Origin: Desulfobacterales bacterium
Lineage (GTDB): Bacteria > Desulfobacterota > Desulfobacteria > Desulfobacterales > UBA2174
Direction: 5' to 3'
DNA length: 64,000 bases
Assembly (NCBI GenBank): GCA_963668645.2
Contig: CAXXWC010000021.1
Span: forward strand, 512,001-576,000
The notes beneath the pieces were generated by a model, which saw only the letters and a list, made by a program, of their open reading frames with translations, had not been told where the DNA came from and did not search any database. Shown piece after piece: positions 47,559 through 57,845 of this stretch. The position numbers and the translations under genes are program-made. Every line of letters starts with the position of its first letter. Within the stretch, counting starts at the first letter, position 1.

Positions 47559-47645
47559 TGGTGCCGGAGGTGAGAATCGAACTCACACGATGTTGCCACC
47601 GCGGGATTTTGAGTCCCGTGCGTCTACCAATTCCGCCACTCCGGC
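47559..47645 (-). tRNA. tRNA-Leu(CAA)
   Basis: GCCGGAGTGGCGGAATTGGTAGACGC..GGGA CT CAA AA TCCC..long variable arm..GTTCGATTC..CTCCGGC ACCA. Confidence 0.97.
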
Positions 47646-47660
47646 TCGATGGTGGCGCCT

Positions 47661-47690
47661 CTTATAACCGAAAGGTGCCGGGCTTGTCAA
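47661..47690 (-). promoter_or_regulatory. Probable sigma70 promoter of tRNA-Leu
   Basis: TTGACA, 18 bp, TATAAG, followed by a GC-rich discriminator. Confidence 0.55.
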
Positions 47691-48334
47691 TTCAGAACGC
47701 TTTTTCCGAAAACGCTTTTCAGTTCCTGGGCCGAAACCGTCCCCTCGCGCAGGATCACCGGCACAGGGCCGGTCACGTCCACCACGGTCGATCCCGGGCC
47801 GCCTTCCAGCGCCCCGGCGTCCAGGACCAGATCGACACGATCCAGTAAAAGCGGCGGCATGTCTTCGACGCGAAAACAGCCCGCAGCCCCGGACAGATTG
47901 GCGCTGGTGGCGGTGATCGGCCGGCCGAGACCGTTCACCAAGGCGGCGGCCACCGGGTTGGCGGGCTGGCGCACGCCGATCTTGGCCAATCCGGTGGTGA
48001 GCACCGCCGGCAGGCTGCCGTTGGCTTCGAAGACCAGGGTTACCCTGCCGGGCCAAAAACGCTGCATGATCCGATCGGCCTGGGCCGGCACCCTGCGCAC
48101 GATTTTCAGCAGGCAGGCATCATCCTGGCAAAGCACCGAAATGGGCCGGTTCAGGGAGCGGCCCTTGACGGCAAAGACCTTCTCGATGGCCGCCGGGTTG
48201 GTGGCGTCGGCTCCAAGTCCATAGAGGCATCGAGTGGGAAAGATTACCAGCCCCCCCTTTTGGAGAATCTCCATCGCCTTCTCGATGGCGGCAAGGTTCA
48301 GGTCAAAGGGGTCCACATTGATGATTTCGGCCAT
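47687..48334 (-). CDS. tsaC: L-threonylcarbamoyladenylate synthase (TsaC/Sua5/YrdC)
   Basis: FPT..LYGLG, VKGR, FWPG, GVRQP, TATSANLSG, GSTVVD. Confidence 0.92.
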   Translation of the reverse strand: MAEIINVDPFDLNLAAIEKAMEILQKGGLVIFPTRCLYGLGADATNPAAIEKVFAVKGRSLNRPISVLCQDDACLLKIVRRVPAQADRIMQRFWPGRVTLVFEANGSLPAVLTTGLAKIGVRQPANPVAAALVNGLGRPITATSANLSGAAGCFRVEDMPPLLLDRVDLVLDAGALEGGPGSTVVDVTGPVPVILREGTVSAQELKSVFGKSVLN

Positions 48335-48355
48335 CTGTCGCCCTCCACCTTTTTT

Positions 48356-50128
48356 TCAGCCATAGGCCTTGAGGGCTTCGGCCTTCTTTTCCACGCCACG
48401 GGCCATTTCCTGCCTGTAACGAGCCAGCTTTCCGGCCACCGCCGCATCGCCAAGGGCGATGATCTGGGCCGCCAGAATCCCCGCGTTGGCAGCCCCGCTT
48501 TTGCCCACCGCCATGGTGGCCACGGGAATCCCCGGAGGCATCTGGACGGTGGACAGCAGGGCGTCGAGCCCCTGGAGGGCCGAAGAATCGATGGGCACCC
48601 CGATCACCGGCAGGTTTGTCTGGGCCGCCAGGGCTCCGGCCAGATGAGCCGCGTGCCCGGCCCCCGCGATAATGACCTGCATGCCCCGGCCGGCAGCCGT
48701 AGCGGCAAATTCGGCGGCCCGGGCCGGGGTGCGATGGGCCGAGGCCACCGTCATTTCGTAAGGGATGCCGAATTTCTTGAGCATTGCGGCAGCCCCTTCC
48801 ATCACGGCAAGGTCCGAATCGCTGCCCATGACGATCCCCACCTTGGGCGGCGTCTGGAAACGCACCAGGGCCTTGCGGCCGATATCGCTGCGGTGCTGGG
48901 CACCCTTCCAGGTAATCTTGGCCACGGCCTTATAGGCCTTCTTGATGGCCCCGTCGATGGTTTCGCCCAAGGCCGTAACCCCCAGGACTCTTCCCCCGTT
49001 GGTCACCACGGCGCCTTCCTTGGCATCCGTGCCGGCATGAAAGACCACCACATCGCGCATGCGAGCCGCCTTGTCCAGGCCCTGGATAGGATGCCCCTTG
49101 GCGTATTTTCCAGGATAGCCGCCCGAGGCCATGACCACGCAGACCGCGGCGCGCGGATCGATCTCCAGGCTCGCCTGATCGAGGCGTTCGTCGATGACCG
49201 CCTCCATGATCGGCACCAGATCGCTCTTGAGGCGCATGAGCAGCGGCTGGGCTTCGGGATCGCCGAAACGGCCGTTGAATTCGAGAACCCGGGGTGTATC
49301 GCCCTCGATCATCAGCCCTGCATAGAGCACCCCCTTGTAAGGACGCCCTTCGGCGGCCATGGCCTTGACGGTGGGGATCATGATCTCCTTCATCACCCGT
49401 TTGTGCATCAAGGCATCGACCACCGGGGCGGGCGAATAGGCGCCCATCCCACCGGTGTTGGGCCCCTTGTCGTCGTCGAAGACCGCCTTGTGATCCTGGC
49501 TGGTGGGCAGGGGCAGCACGGTCTTGCCGTCGGTAAAGGCCAGAAAGGAAGCCTCTTCGCCCACCAGGCAGTCTTCAACCACCACCTTCTTGCCCGCCTC
49601 GCCGAACTCTTTGGCCACCATGATCCGATCCAGGGCCTCCAGGGCCTCCTCAACCGTGGTGCAGACGATCACCCCCTTGCCGGCGGCCAGCCCGTCAGCC
49701 TTGACCACGATGGGGGCGCCCTTGTCCTGGACGTAGGCCTGAGCCTTCTTGAGGTTGGTAAAGCTTTCACCGTCCGCGGTGGGAATGCGATATTTGGTCA
49801 TCAAGTACTTGGCAAAGGACTTGCTCGACTCGATCTCGGCCGCCCGGCGGCTGGCGCCGAAAATCCGAAGTCCCTCGGCTTCGAAGGCATCCACGATCCC
49901 TCCGGAAAGCGGATCTTCCGGGCCCACCACCGTCAGGTCGATCTTCTCGGTGCGGGCAAAGGCGAGCAGCTCCTCGATGCGGTCGGCACCGATGGGCACG
50001 CAGGTCGCCACCGAGGCGATGCCCGCGTTGCCCGGGGCGCAATATACTTTCCGTACCCGGGGGCTCCGGGCGATCTTCCAGGCCAGGGTATGCTCTCTGC
50101 CGCCGCTGCCGATGACCAGGACTTTCAT
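48356..50128 (-). CDS. purD: Fused phosphoribosylamine--glycine ligase / N5-CAIR mutase (PurD-PurE)
   Basis: GSGGREH, KADGLAAGKGV, GPNTGGMG, TNGGRV; then VGIVMGSDSD, SAHRTP, VQMPPGIPVA. Confidence 0.96.
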   Translation of the reverse strand: MKVLVIGSGGREHTLAWKIARSPRVRKVYCAPGNAGIASVATCVPIGADRIEELLAFARTEKIDLTVVGPEDPLSGGIVDAFEAEGLRIFGASRRAAEIESSKSFAKYLMTKYRIPTADGESFTNLKKAQAYVQDKGAPIVVKADGLAAGKGVIVCTTVEEALEALDRIMVAKEFGEAGKKVVVEDCLVGEEASFLAFTDGKTVLPLPTSQDHKAVFDDDKGPNTGGMGAYSPAPVVDALMHKRVMKEIMIPTVKAMAAEGRPYKGVLYAGLMIEGDTPRVLEFNGRFGDPEAQPLLMRLKSDLVPIMEAVIDERLDQASLEIDPRAAVCVVMASGGYPGKYAKGHPIQGLDKAARMRDVVVFHAGTDAKEGAVVTNGGRVLGVTALGETIDGAIKKAYKAVAKITWKGAQHRSDIGRKALVRFQTPPKVGIVMGSDSDLAVMEGAAAMLKKFGIPYEMTVASAHRTPARAAEFAATAAGRGMQVIIAGAGHAAHLAGALAAQTNLPVIGVPIDSSALQGLDALLSTVQMPPGIPVATMAVGKSGAANAGILAAQIIALGDAAVAGKLARYRQEMARGVEKKAEALKAYG

Positions 50129-50223
50129 AATCCCTCCATTTCACGTTTTATCGGTGGGTCCCGCCGGGGCGGGACGGCCGGTTCGTCCAAATGCCGGCCT
50201 CATACGAAGTGTTGAAAAAAGGT

Positions 50224-51192
50224 CTAGCGTCGGCCCGCGCCGGCATGCACCTTGCGCTTCCGGTGACGATCGATGCCCAGCTCGATGAGCCGGTCCAGGA
50301 GCCGATCGAAAGGCATTCCGGCCGCTGCCGCCGCCTGGGGAAAAAGACTGGTGCGGGTCATGCCCGGAATGGTGTTGGTTTCCAAAACGAAGATTTCGCT
50401 TCCGCGCACGATCATATCGGTGCGGCTGTATCCTTCGCAGCACAGGATCTGATGGGCCTTGAGCGAAAGCCGCTGGGCCTCGGCGGTCAACCTCACATCG
50501 AGGCGTGCCGGGCAGATCTCATCGGTTTCCCCGGCTTGATACTTGGCCTCGTAGTCGAAAAAAGCATGACTCGATGAAGGGATGATCTCCACCAGGGGCA
50601 GGGCTTCGAGCCGATCGTTGCCGATCACCGCGCCGGTGACCTCCAAGCCCTGAATGTACTGCTCGATGACCACGGTCTCATCCAAGCCGAAGGCCTTGTC
50701 CAGGGCCGGAATCAGGTCGGCGGCTTCTCTTACGATGCTCATGCCGATGCTCGAACCGCAGGCCGACGGCTTGATTACCACCGGCAGACCGAGCCGTTCG
50801 ATCCAGGCGCCCGGATCGATCACATCCCCTTCGCGCACCACCAGGTAATCAGGAATCGGAATTTGCTCTTGAACGTAGCGCGCCTTGGCCAGCGCCTTGT
50901 TCATCGCCAGGGAGCTGCCCAGGACCCCCGAACCCTGATAGGGTATATCGAGAAGATCAAGAAGTCCCTGCACCGTTCCGTCCTCTCCGAAAGGACCATG
51001 CAGGATGATGAGAGCCACATCGATCTGCGCCGCCTCGGCCACCAGCCGGCCTAGATCGGCGGCCGGATCGTAGCGGCGTACGTTGTAGCGGTCCTTGTTC
51101 AAAGCGGCAAAAACCTGGTCGCCGCTGCTAAGCGACACCTCCCGTTCGGAAGAGTCGCCACCGGATAGGAGTGCAACGGTCAGTTTTTTCAT
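50224..51192 (-). CDS. ddl: D-alanine--D-alanine ligase
   Basis: GG.SSEREVSL.SG, LHG.FGEDG, GSSIG, FDYEAKY, ETNTIPGMT. Confidence 0.96.
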   Translation of the reverse strand: MKKLTVALLSGGDSSEREVSLSSGDQVFAALNKDRYNVRRYDPAADLGRLVAEAAQIDVALIILHGPFGEDGTVQGLLDLLDIPYQGSGVLGSSLAMNKALAKARYVQEQIPIPDYLVVREGDVIDPGAWIERLGLPVVIKPSACGSSIGMSIVREAADLIPALDKAFGLDETVVIEQYIQGLEVTGAVIGNDRLEALPLVEIIPSSSHAFFDYEAKYQAGETDEICPARLDVRLTAEAQRLSLKAHQILCCEGYSRTDMIVRGSEIFVLETNTIPGMTRTSLFPQAAAAAGMPFDRLLDRLIELGIDRHRKRKVHAGAGRR

Positions 51193-51394
51193 TTCATTTC
51201 TACTCGATTCTTCTGCAAAAGAGGTGAAAAAGGCCGCGCCCGCCGTCAGGCGGCCGGGTGCGAAATCAATTTTTTATGGCATGTTTCCGCGGAAATCTCA
51301 ACGTTCGATGCGCTGCCGCGGCTTTCGGTCCGGGACCGTCTCCATTTTCTCGCGGGCATATCTTGCCGGTCCCCAGGCGGCAGGGCAATGGACG

Positions 51395-51877
51395 CTAAGA
51401 TCCGAGCAGCCGGCGTTTGGCCTGGCGGTATTCATCGGCTGTGATCAGATCTTTTTCCAGCAGGCGGGCCAGCTCGCCCAGCTCCCGGATACGGGCCGTT
51501 TCCGGGTCTTCCAACTGCCGCTGGGGTAGTGTGGTGTCGTCGGGTAAAGCGTAGCGCGAATCGGGAGCCCCGAGCTTGAACGAGGCGATGCCGCCCAGCA
51601 GGTTGATCTCTACCGAACGGCCCCGGAAAACAGGATTGTTGAGCATCTCGGCCAGGGTCTTACCCTCGGTCTTCATCCGCCGCCAGAAGCGGTATCCGGA
51701 ATAGGCGATAAGGGAAGCGCCGGCCAGAAAAATCCAGAGCATGTACTGGACGAACCCACGGAAAAAGAGCACCAGCAGACCGAGTCCGGCGATCAGCACC
51801 ACATGCAGGGCCAGAATCAGGTACGCCAGCAGGACGCTTTTGAAAACGCTGTCCTTGTCCTTGGAGTCGTTGCGCAT
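51395..51877 (-). CDS. Membrane protein with a C-terminal SHOCT domain
   Basis: Two TM helices; ELARLLEKDLITADEYRQAKRRLL. Confidence 0.85.
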   Translation of the reverse strand: MRNDSKDKDSVFKSVLLAYLILALHVVLIAGLGLLVLFFRGFVQYMLWIFLAGASLIAYSGYRFWRRMKTEGKTLAEMLNNPVFRGRSVEINLLGGIASFKLGAPDSRYALPDDTTLPQRQLEDPETARIRELGELARLLEKDLITADEYRQAKRRLLGS

Positions 51878-51913
51878 TTCAAAACACCCGAATGGCCTCT
51901 TGCCGCAAGGGAC

Positions 51914-52309
51914 TCACGCCCCCTGAGCGGTTTTTGGGCGCCGGGCGAGACGGTCGGCCAAAATCTGTTCGTAGTGCTGGGGAAGGTCGAGTTCGATGGT
52001 CCCTTTTCGAAGCGTATTGAGCCGCAGAATCAAAAAGTTCAGTCTGCGCATGACCTGGTAGCGTTCGCGCGTGTCAGTCATGGACGCCAGCAGGTCCTCG
52101 GTCCGTTCGATTTCCTTTTTCAGTTCGATCTCCGCCGGAAGGCAGTCCGCATTCTTGAGAATCTTGTAGGCCAGACGCAGGTCCTCGGGGATGTGCCGGT
52201 CCTCGGAAAATTCGATGGGCCGGCCCCGTCCTTCCAGCTCCCGGAAGGCTCCCCTCTTTTCTGCCAGGCGGATGCGCTCTTCAACGATGCGTTCGAATCC
52301 AGGGATCAT
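51914..52309 (-). CDS. DUF1992-domain protein
   Basis: IVEERIR.A...GAF..L.G.G.P, LRLAYKILKNA.CLP. Confidence 0.88.
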   Translation of the reverse strand: MIPGFERIVEERIRLAEKRGAFRELEGRGRPIEFSEDRHIPEDLRLAYKILKNADCLPAEIELKKEIERTEDLLASMTDTRERYQVMRRLNFLILRLNTLRKGTIELDLPQHYEQILADRLARRPKTAQGA

Positions 52310-52456
52310 CAAGGCTCCCTATTGCGCGGTTTCACCGATCCAGGCTGTCTCGATCCAGAGGAAGATAGGATTGTCAAAATCGCGGCCCCTGTCAACCGGA
52401 AAAGAAAAGTGCCCTCCCCTTATCACAAACTGCTTGGGGTGAGCCGGCAAAAGGGC

Positions 52457-52642
52457 TCAGGATCTGCGGGTGGTGGCCTTGAGAGGCGTTGTGCCATCGC
52501 GATCCGGGCAGGTGTGCTCGGTGCAGCCCGTGCACCCGCCGCAGGAAGTGTCGGCGCCGGGCCTGGTCTGGCGCCGGATGTAGCGCAGCGCCAGACCTGC
52601 GGCCGCCAGAACAATGAGATAGACCAGATAGTCATCCAGCAT
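52457..52642 (-). CDS. Small Cys-rich membrane protein (FeoB-associated-type)
   Basis: One TM helix then SCGGCTGC..C; RBS aggag; follows copA. Confidence 0.78.
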   Translation of the reverse strand: MLDDYLVYLIVLAAAGLALRYIRRQTRPGADTSCGGCTGCTEHTCPDRDGTTPLKATTRRS

Positions 52643-52654
52643 AACCCGCTCCTT

Positions 52655-55093
52655 TCACAGCTTCGTACGGTAGAGACGCAGACTGTTGGAAACCACGGTG
52701 AGGCTGCTCAGGCTCATGGCCAGGGCTGCCAGGATCGGGTGCAATTGACCCAGGACCGCAGGCACGGCCTCGATGGGTGCCAGCACCCCTGCGGCTATCG
52801 GGATCAGGATAACGTTGTAGGCAAAAGCCCAGAAAAGGTTCTGGCGGATGGTGCCCAGGGTCAGCCGGCTCAGGCGCACGGCCCGGGGCACACCTTCCAG
52901 ACTGCCGCTGGAAAGGATGGCATCGGCGGTCTCGATGGCCACGTCGGTGCCCGTGCCGATGGCGATCCCCACATCGGCCTGGGCCAGGGCCGGAGCGTCG
53001 TTGATTCCGTCTCCGACCATGGCGGTGCGCTTTCCCTCACGTTGAAGCGCCTGCACGGCAGCGGATTTGTCCTCAGGCCGGACTTCGGCCATAACCTTGT
53101 CGATGCCCACCTGGGCCGCGATGGCCTCGGCCGTGGCCCGGTTGTCGCCGGTGATCATGGTCACTTCGAGCTTTTGGCGGTGCAGCCGGGCCACGGCCTG
53201 GGCCGCCTCGGGCTTGAGCCGGTCGGCCACGGCCACCATCCCCAAAGGACCGGCCTCGTCGGCAACCAGCATCACGGTCTTGCCCTGGCCCTGCAAGGCT
53301 TCGATGCGCTCGTCAAGATGTGCCTTACGAATGCCCAAATCGTCGAACCAGCGTGGTTTGCCCACCCGGATGTGGCGCCCGCCCACGCGCCCCTCCACCC
53401 CGTCCCCGCCGTGGGCCGCAAAGGCGCCCGGTTGATCCAGTGCCAGCTTGCGGTCCCGGGCCTCGGCAACGATGGCTTTTCCCAGCGGATGTTCCGATCC
53501 CTGCTCCACACTTGCCGCCAGGGTGAGCAGGGACGCTTCGGTTTCCAGCCTCAGGGCCAGCACGTCGGTCACCCGGGGCTTTCCCTCGGTGATGGTGCCG
53601 GTCTTGTCCAGCACCACGGTGTCCAGGCGTGCCAGGGTTTCCAGGGCGGCTCCGGTCTTGAAGAGGATCCCGTTTTCGGCCCCCTTGCCTGTACCGGCCA
53701 TGATGGCCGTGGGGGTGGCCAGGCCCAGGGCGCAGGGACAGGCGATCACCAGCACGGCCACCAGGCGCACCATGGCCGGGACAAAAGCACCGCCCGCGGC
53801 CCACCAGATGACAAAGACCGCAAGGGCCGTGAGGATCACCGCGGGCACGAAGACGGCCGCCACCCGGTCGGCCAGCGACTGGATCGGTGCCTTGCTCCCC
53901 TGGGCTTCCTGGACCAGGCGGATGATCTGGGCCAGGGCCGTATCCTTGCCCACCCGCCGGGCCGCAAAGCGGATCATCCCCTGGTGGTTGAGGGTACCAC
54001 CGGTGACCGCATCTCCCGGTCCCTTGTCCACCGGAAGGGATTCGCCGGTGAGCATCGACTCGTCGACGCTCGTCTGGCCGTCGATCACGGTGCCGTCCAC
54101 CGGCACGCTCTGGCCCGGGCGCACGATCACCGTATCGCCCACCACCACCTGGGCCAGGGGAACTTGCTCTTCCCGGTCCTCGCGCAGCACGGTGGCCATC
54201 TTGGGGCGCAGGTCCATCAACTTGCGGATCGCCTGTCCGGTGCGTCCCTTGGTGCGCGCTTCGAGCATCTTGCCCAGCTTGATCAGGGTGATGATCACCG
54301 CCGAGGTCTCGAAGTAGACGTGGTCGCCCAGCACGGGAAAAAGCATCAGGGCCAGGCTGTAGACATAGGCCACCGAAGATCCCATGGCCACCAGCACGTC
54401 CATGTTGGCCGTGCGGTTGCGCAGGCTCTTGAACCCGCCCACGTAAAAATCCCAGCCGGTATAGAACTGCACCGGCGTGGCCAGGGCCCAGAAAGCCCAG
54501 TTAACCCAGGCGGCGTGGCTCCAGGATCCGATGAGGTGAAAATCGCGGGCCATAGACCAGGAAAACAACGGCAGGGCGAAAATCAGCCCGACCCAGAATT
54601 TGCGCGTCTGGTCGCGGATTTCCCGGTCCCGGGCCTGCTGCTCGGCATCGGGAAGATCCGTGCCGTCCGCTGGCGCCACGGCGTCAAAGCCGGCCTTGCG
54701 GATGGCGGCCACCATCTCATCGACACTCAACAGGCTGGGGATATAGGCCACCTGGGCCTGCTCGCTGGCAAAATTGACCGTGGCCTCGACCACCCCGGGC
54801 AGTTTGCGGTTCAAGGTGCGCTCGATGTTGGCGGCACAGTTGGCGCAGGTCATGCCGATCAGCGGCAGGCTCACCTTTTCCAGCGGTACACCGTAGCCGC
54901 TCTTTTCGATCTTCGAGACGATCTGGGCCGCGTTTACCTGCTGCGGGTCGAATCGGACATCGGCCTGCTCGCTGGCAAAGTTCACCCTGGCCCCGGTGAT
55001 CCCCTCCAGGCGTCCCAGGGTGCGCTCGATGTTGGCGGCGCAGTTGGCGCAGGTCATGCCCCGCACCGGCAGGGTAAGGTGTGTTTCGCTCAT
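52655..55093 (-). CDS. copA: Copper-translocating P1B-type ATPase
   Basis: Two GMTCANC domains, TGES, CPCALG, DKTGT, SEHP, GDGIND, YN, MSLSS. Confidence 0.96.
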   Translation of the reverse strand: MSETHLTLPVRGMTCANCAANIERTLGRLEGITGARVNFASEQADVRFDPQQVNAAQIVSKIEKSGYGVPLEKVSLPLIGMTCANCAANIERTLNRKLPGVVEATVNFASEQAQVAYIPSLLSVDEMVAAIRKAGFDAVAPADGTDLPDAEQQARDREIRDQTRKFWVGLIFALPLFSWSMARDFHLIGSWSHAAWVNWAFWALATPVQFYTGWDFYVGGFKSLRNRTANMDVLVAMGSSVAYVYSLALMLFPVLGDHVYFETSAVIITLIKLGKMLEARTKGRTGQAIRKLMDLRPKMATVLREDREEQVPLAQVVVGDTVIVRPGQSVPVDGTVIDGQTSVDESMLTGESLPVDKGPGDAVTGGTLNHQGMIRFAARRVGKDTALAQIIRLVQEAQGSKAPIQSLADRVAAVFVPAVILTALAVFVIWWAAGGAFVPAMVRLVAVLVIACPCALGLATPTAIMAGTGKGAENGILFKTGAALETLARLDTVVLDKTGTITEGKPRVTDVLALRLETEASLLTLAASVEQGSEHPLGKAIVAEARDRKLALDQPGAFAAHGGDGVEGRVGGRHIRVGKPRWFDDLGIRKAHLDERIEALQGQGKTVMLVADEAGPLGMVAVADRLKPEAAQAVARLHRQKLEVTMITGDNRATAEAIAAQVGIDKVMAEVRPEDKSAAVQALQREGKRTAMVGDGINDAPALAQADVGIAIGTGTDVAIETADAILSSGSLEGVPRAVRLSRLTLGTIRQNLFWAFAYNVILIPIAAGVLAPIEAVPAVLGQLHPILAALAMSLSSLTVVSNSLRLYRTKL

Positions 55094-55106
55094 CCGCTGT
55101 GCTCCA

Positions 55107-55316
55107 TCAGGCGTCGGCGGCCGGGTAGTTAATCTCGCGCAGAGTCGCCAGAATCGACTCCAGGCTGGCGGGCGCATCCCAGGACACCGTTACCTGCTTG
55201 GTGCCCGGGTCCGCCTGGACGGAAGCCACTCCGGCCACTTCGCTCAATTCGTTCTGGATCGCGTTGGTGCAGTGGTGGCAGGAGATATTCGGGACGGTAA
55301 AAGTGCGTGTCTCCAT
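55107..55316 (-). CDS. copZ: Copper chaperone CopZ (HMA domain)
   Basis: ISCHHC metal site, 69 aa, directly upstream of copA. Confidence 0.9.
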   Translation of the reverse strand: METRTFTVPNISCHHCTNAIQNELSEVAGVASVQADPGTKQVTVSWDAPASLESILATLREINYPAADA

Positions 55317-55499
55317 CTTAAGGCTCCTTTCGGCAAAGGCCAGATTGCTTGGCGGACCGCGCCGGTCCAGCGGTATCGGACAACATAATCACCGCGCTCC
55401 GTTCGTCCAGCCAATTCACAATCCCGGGCCGGTCTGCTATGATGGCGGGGTCTAAAACGGCAATAAGACGAGCAACACCAAAACGAGGGAGACCGGTTC

Positions 55500-56606
55500 T
55501 TGGATTCGACTATCGCCCATCGCATTGAGATTCTTCGCCAGGTTATGGCCCAACGTCAGTTGGACGCCCTTCTGGTTCTGATCGGCGAAAATCGCCGCTA
55601 CCTGAGCGGCTTCAGCGCCGAAGACAACGGCTTTGACGAATCGTCCGGCGCGCTGCTCATCGGGGCCGAACAGCTTATCCTGGCCACCGATTCACGCTTC
55701 GAGATCCAGGCCCGCCAGGAGGCGCCCGGCTATGCAGTGCGGATCTACACCAAGGGCCTGGCCCTGGAATTGCCCGCCCTTCTGGCCGAGATCCGCCCCC
55801 GCCGCCTCGGTTTCGAAAGCCGGCGCCTCTCGGTGGACCAGCATTCCAAGATAGTGGCCCAACTCGCCAGGGCGGACCTGGCCGCAGAACTGGTGCCTGT
55901 CGCAGAACTGGTGGAAAACCAGCGCGTGATCAAAAGTGAAACCGAAATCGAGGCCACCCGCGCCGCGCTGGCCATCGCCGAAAGCGTCTTTGCCCGCCTG
56001 ATCGGCACCCTGAGCCCCGGCATGACCGAAAAACAGATCGCCTGGGCCCTGGATCGCGGCCTGCACGAGGCCGGGGCCGAGGATCTCTCCTTTCCCACCA
56101 TCGTGGCTGGCGGCCCCAACAGCGCCCTGCCCCACGCCATTCCCGCCGACCGTCCGGTGGGCGCCGGCGAACCGCTGCTCTTCGATTGGGGTGTACGGCT
56201 CAACGGCTACTGCTCGGACACGAGCCGCACCATCGTTCTGGGCGAGGCTGGCAACCGGTTTCAGCATGTTTACCAAACGGTACGCGAAGCCCAGCAAAAG
56301 GCCATCGCCGCTATCCGGCCCGGAGTCGCGGCAAGAGAGGTGGATGCCGTGGCTCGCGATCACATCGCCGCCAGCGGTTATGCCGGCAAGTTCGGCCACG
56401 GTCTGGGCCACGGCACGGGCCTGGCTATCCACGAAGGGCCGAGGCTTTCTCCTTTGAGCGATACGATCCTGGCGCCGGGGATGCTGGTGACGGTCGAGCC
56501 GGGCGTCTACATCGAGGGCTGGGGCGGGGTGCGTCTGGAAAACCAGGTAGTGGTGCGCCAGGACGGGGCCGAAGAGCTCAACAGCCTCCCCTTTTTGTTC
56601 GAATAG
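55500..56606 (+). CDS. Xaa-Pro aminopeptidase/dipeptidase (M24B)
   Basis: RYLSGF, TDSR, SALPH, GYCSD.SRT, HGLGHGTG..IHE.P, TVEPGVY, GGVRLE. Confidence 0.93.
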   Translation: MDSTIAHRIEILRQVMAQRQLDALLVLIGENRRYLSGFSAEDNGFDESSGALLIGAEQLILATDSRFEIQARQEAPGYAVRIYTKGLALELPALLAEIRPRRLGFESRRLSVDQHSKIVAQLARADLAAELVPVAELVENQRVIKSETEIEATRAALAIAESVFARLIGTLSPGMTEKQIAWALDRGLHEAGAEDLSFPTIVAGGPNSALPHAIPADRPVGAGEPLLFDWGVRLNGYCSDTSRTIVLGEAGNRFQHVYQTVREAQQKAIAAIRPGVAAREVDAVARDHIAASGYAGKFGHGLGHGTGLAIHEGPRLSPLSDTILAPGMLVTVEPGVYIEGWGGVRLENQVVVRQDGAEELNSLPFLFE

Positions 56607-56756
56607 CCCTGCTGTAGCGCTGCCACAGGGCGGCCTCATTACGGCGATCGCGGAATGGCTTGATGGTATTGCCCCCTGGCAAGCCTCAAAAATTTTCCAC
56701 CAGGGGGGCCACCACAGGTCCAGCAAGCGTTTGGGGGCGCCGCTGGTGCGGCCTTC

Positions 56757-57794
56757 TCAGGTGCCGGCCGTCCAATCAACCGGGCTGGACCAGAGCGCGA
56801 GTCTGCGGCCGAGCCCTTGCTCCTTGGCTTTGCGGTAGGCCACGGTGGCAATGGCCACGTCCTCGATGGCAAGCCCCAAAGGCGCAAAATAGATGCGCTC
56901 GCCATCCTTTTCGCGCCCCGCTTTTCGCCCGAGCACGATGTCTCCCAATTCAGCCCAAATCTGATCGGCCTGAACCTTTCCGGCCAGATGCATGCGGGCA
57001 ATCAGGGGGGTTCTTCGATGGACCATTTCCTTCCAGTTGTCCAAGACGATCTTATCGGCTCTGAGAATGACCGCCTCTTCTTCCTCTTGATATGAACCCG
57101 CATGGATGAAAAGGACCCCTTCCTTCAACCAGGCGTCGCCCACGATGGGTTCATCGGCCACGGTGACCGTAATGACGATGTCGGATCCCCGAACCGCTTG
57201 TTCAGGACCTGCGCAGGCAACGGCCTCGATTCCGTATCGCTGTTCGGCCCAAGAACAAAATTTTTCGGCGGCCTTCTTCGAAATGTCGTAGGCCTGGACC
57301 CGCTCAAGCCCCGGGACCACTTCGGCCACCGCCATCAACTGGGTTCTCGACTGGACCCCGCACCCGATGATGCACAGGCACTTCGAATCGCGGCGGGCCA
57401 AATGTTTGACCCCGACACCCGTGGCGGCCCCGGTTCGCATGGCACTCAGATAGGTGCCGTCCATGATGGCAAGGGGCACTCCTGTATCGGCGTCGTTGAG
57501 AACGATGAGCGCATGGGCCCTGGGGATCCCGTGTTTGCCGGGATTGGCGGGAAACCCGGCGATCCACTTGATGCCGCACATCTCATAGCTTCCCGCCACA
57601 TAAGCCGGCATGGAATTGATGCGCCCGCGCTGTCTTTCGCCCAAATCCAAGATGGTCTTGGACGGGAAAATCACCTTCTTTTCGGATTGAAGCCGAAGAG
57701 CATCCTCGACCGCTTGCAGGGCGTCCTTCATCCGAATGCCTGTCGCGATCACGTCTTCCTGAGACAGAAATAAAAACTCCGGTTTGGTTTGCAT
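56757..57794 (-). CDS. Ornithine cyclodeaminase / mu-crystallin family protein (SbnB-like)
   Basis: RINSMPAY, GIKW, SAMRTGA, IGCGVQ, GLAIEDV. Confidence 0.88.
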   Translation of the reverse strand: MQTKPEFLFLSQEDVIATGIRMKDALQAVEDALRLQSEKKVIFPSKTILDLGERQRGRINSMPAYVAGSYEMCGIKWIAGFPANPGKHGIPRAHALIVLNDADTGVPLAIMDGTYLSAMRTGAATGVGVKHLARRDSKCLCIIGCGVQSRTQLMAVAEVVPGLERVQAYDISKKAAEKFCSWAEQRYGIEAVACAGPEQAVRGSDIVITVTVADEPIVGDAWLKEGVLFIHAGSYQEEEEAVILRADKIVLDNWKEMVHRRTPLIARMHLAGKVQADQIWAELGDIVLGRKAGREKDGERIYFAPLGLAIEDVAIATVAYRKAKEQGLGRRLALWSSPVDWTAGT

Positions 57795-57845
57795 CAGTTG
57801 GATTTATCCTCCATGGTATCTCGGGTTGTAAAGATTCAGGCCGGC

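Noticed and set aside
47177..47599. Minus-strand ORFs overlapping the tRNA and its terminator
   Set aside because: They overlap a clear tRNA and lack coding signal.
48260..50215. 651-aa plus-strand ORF
   Set aside because: Antisense shadow of purD-purE in GC-rich DNA; no motifs.
51803..55132. 1109-aa plus-strand ORF
   Set aside because: Antisense shadow of copA and its neighbours; no motifs.
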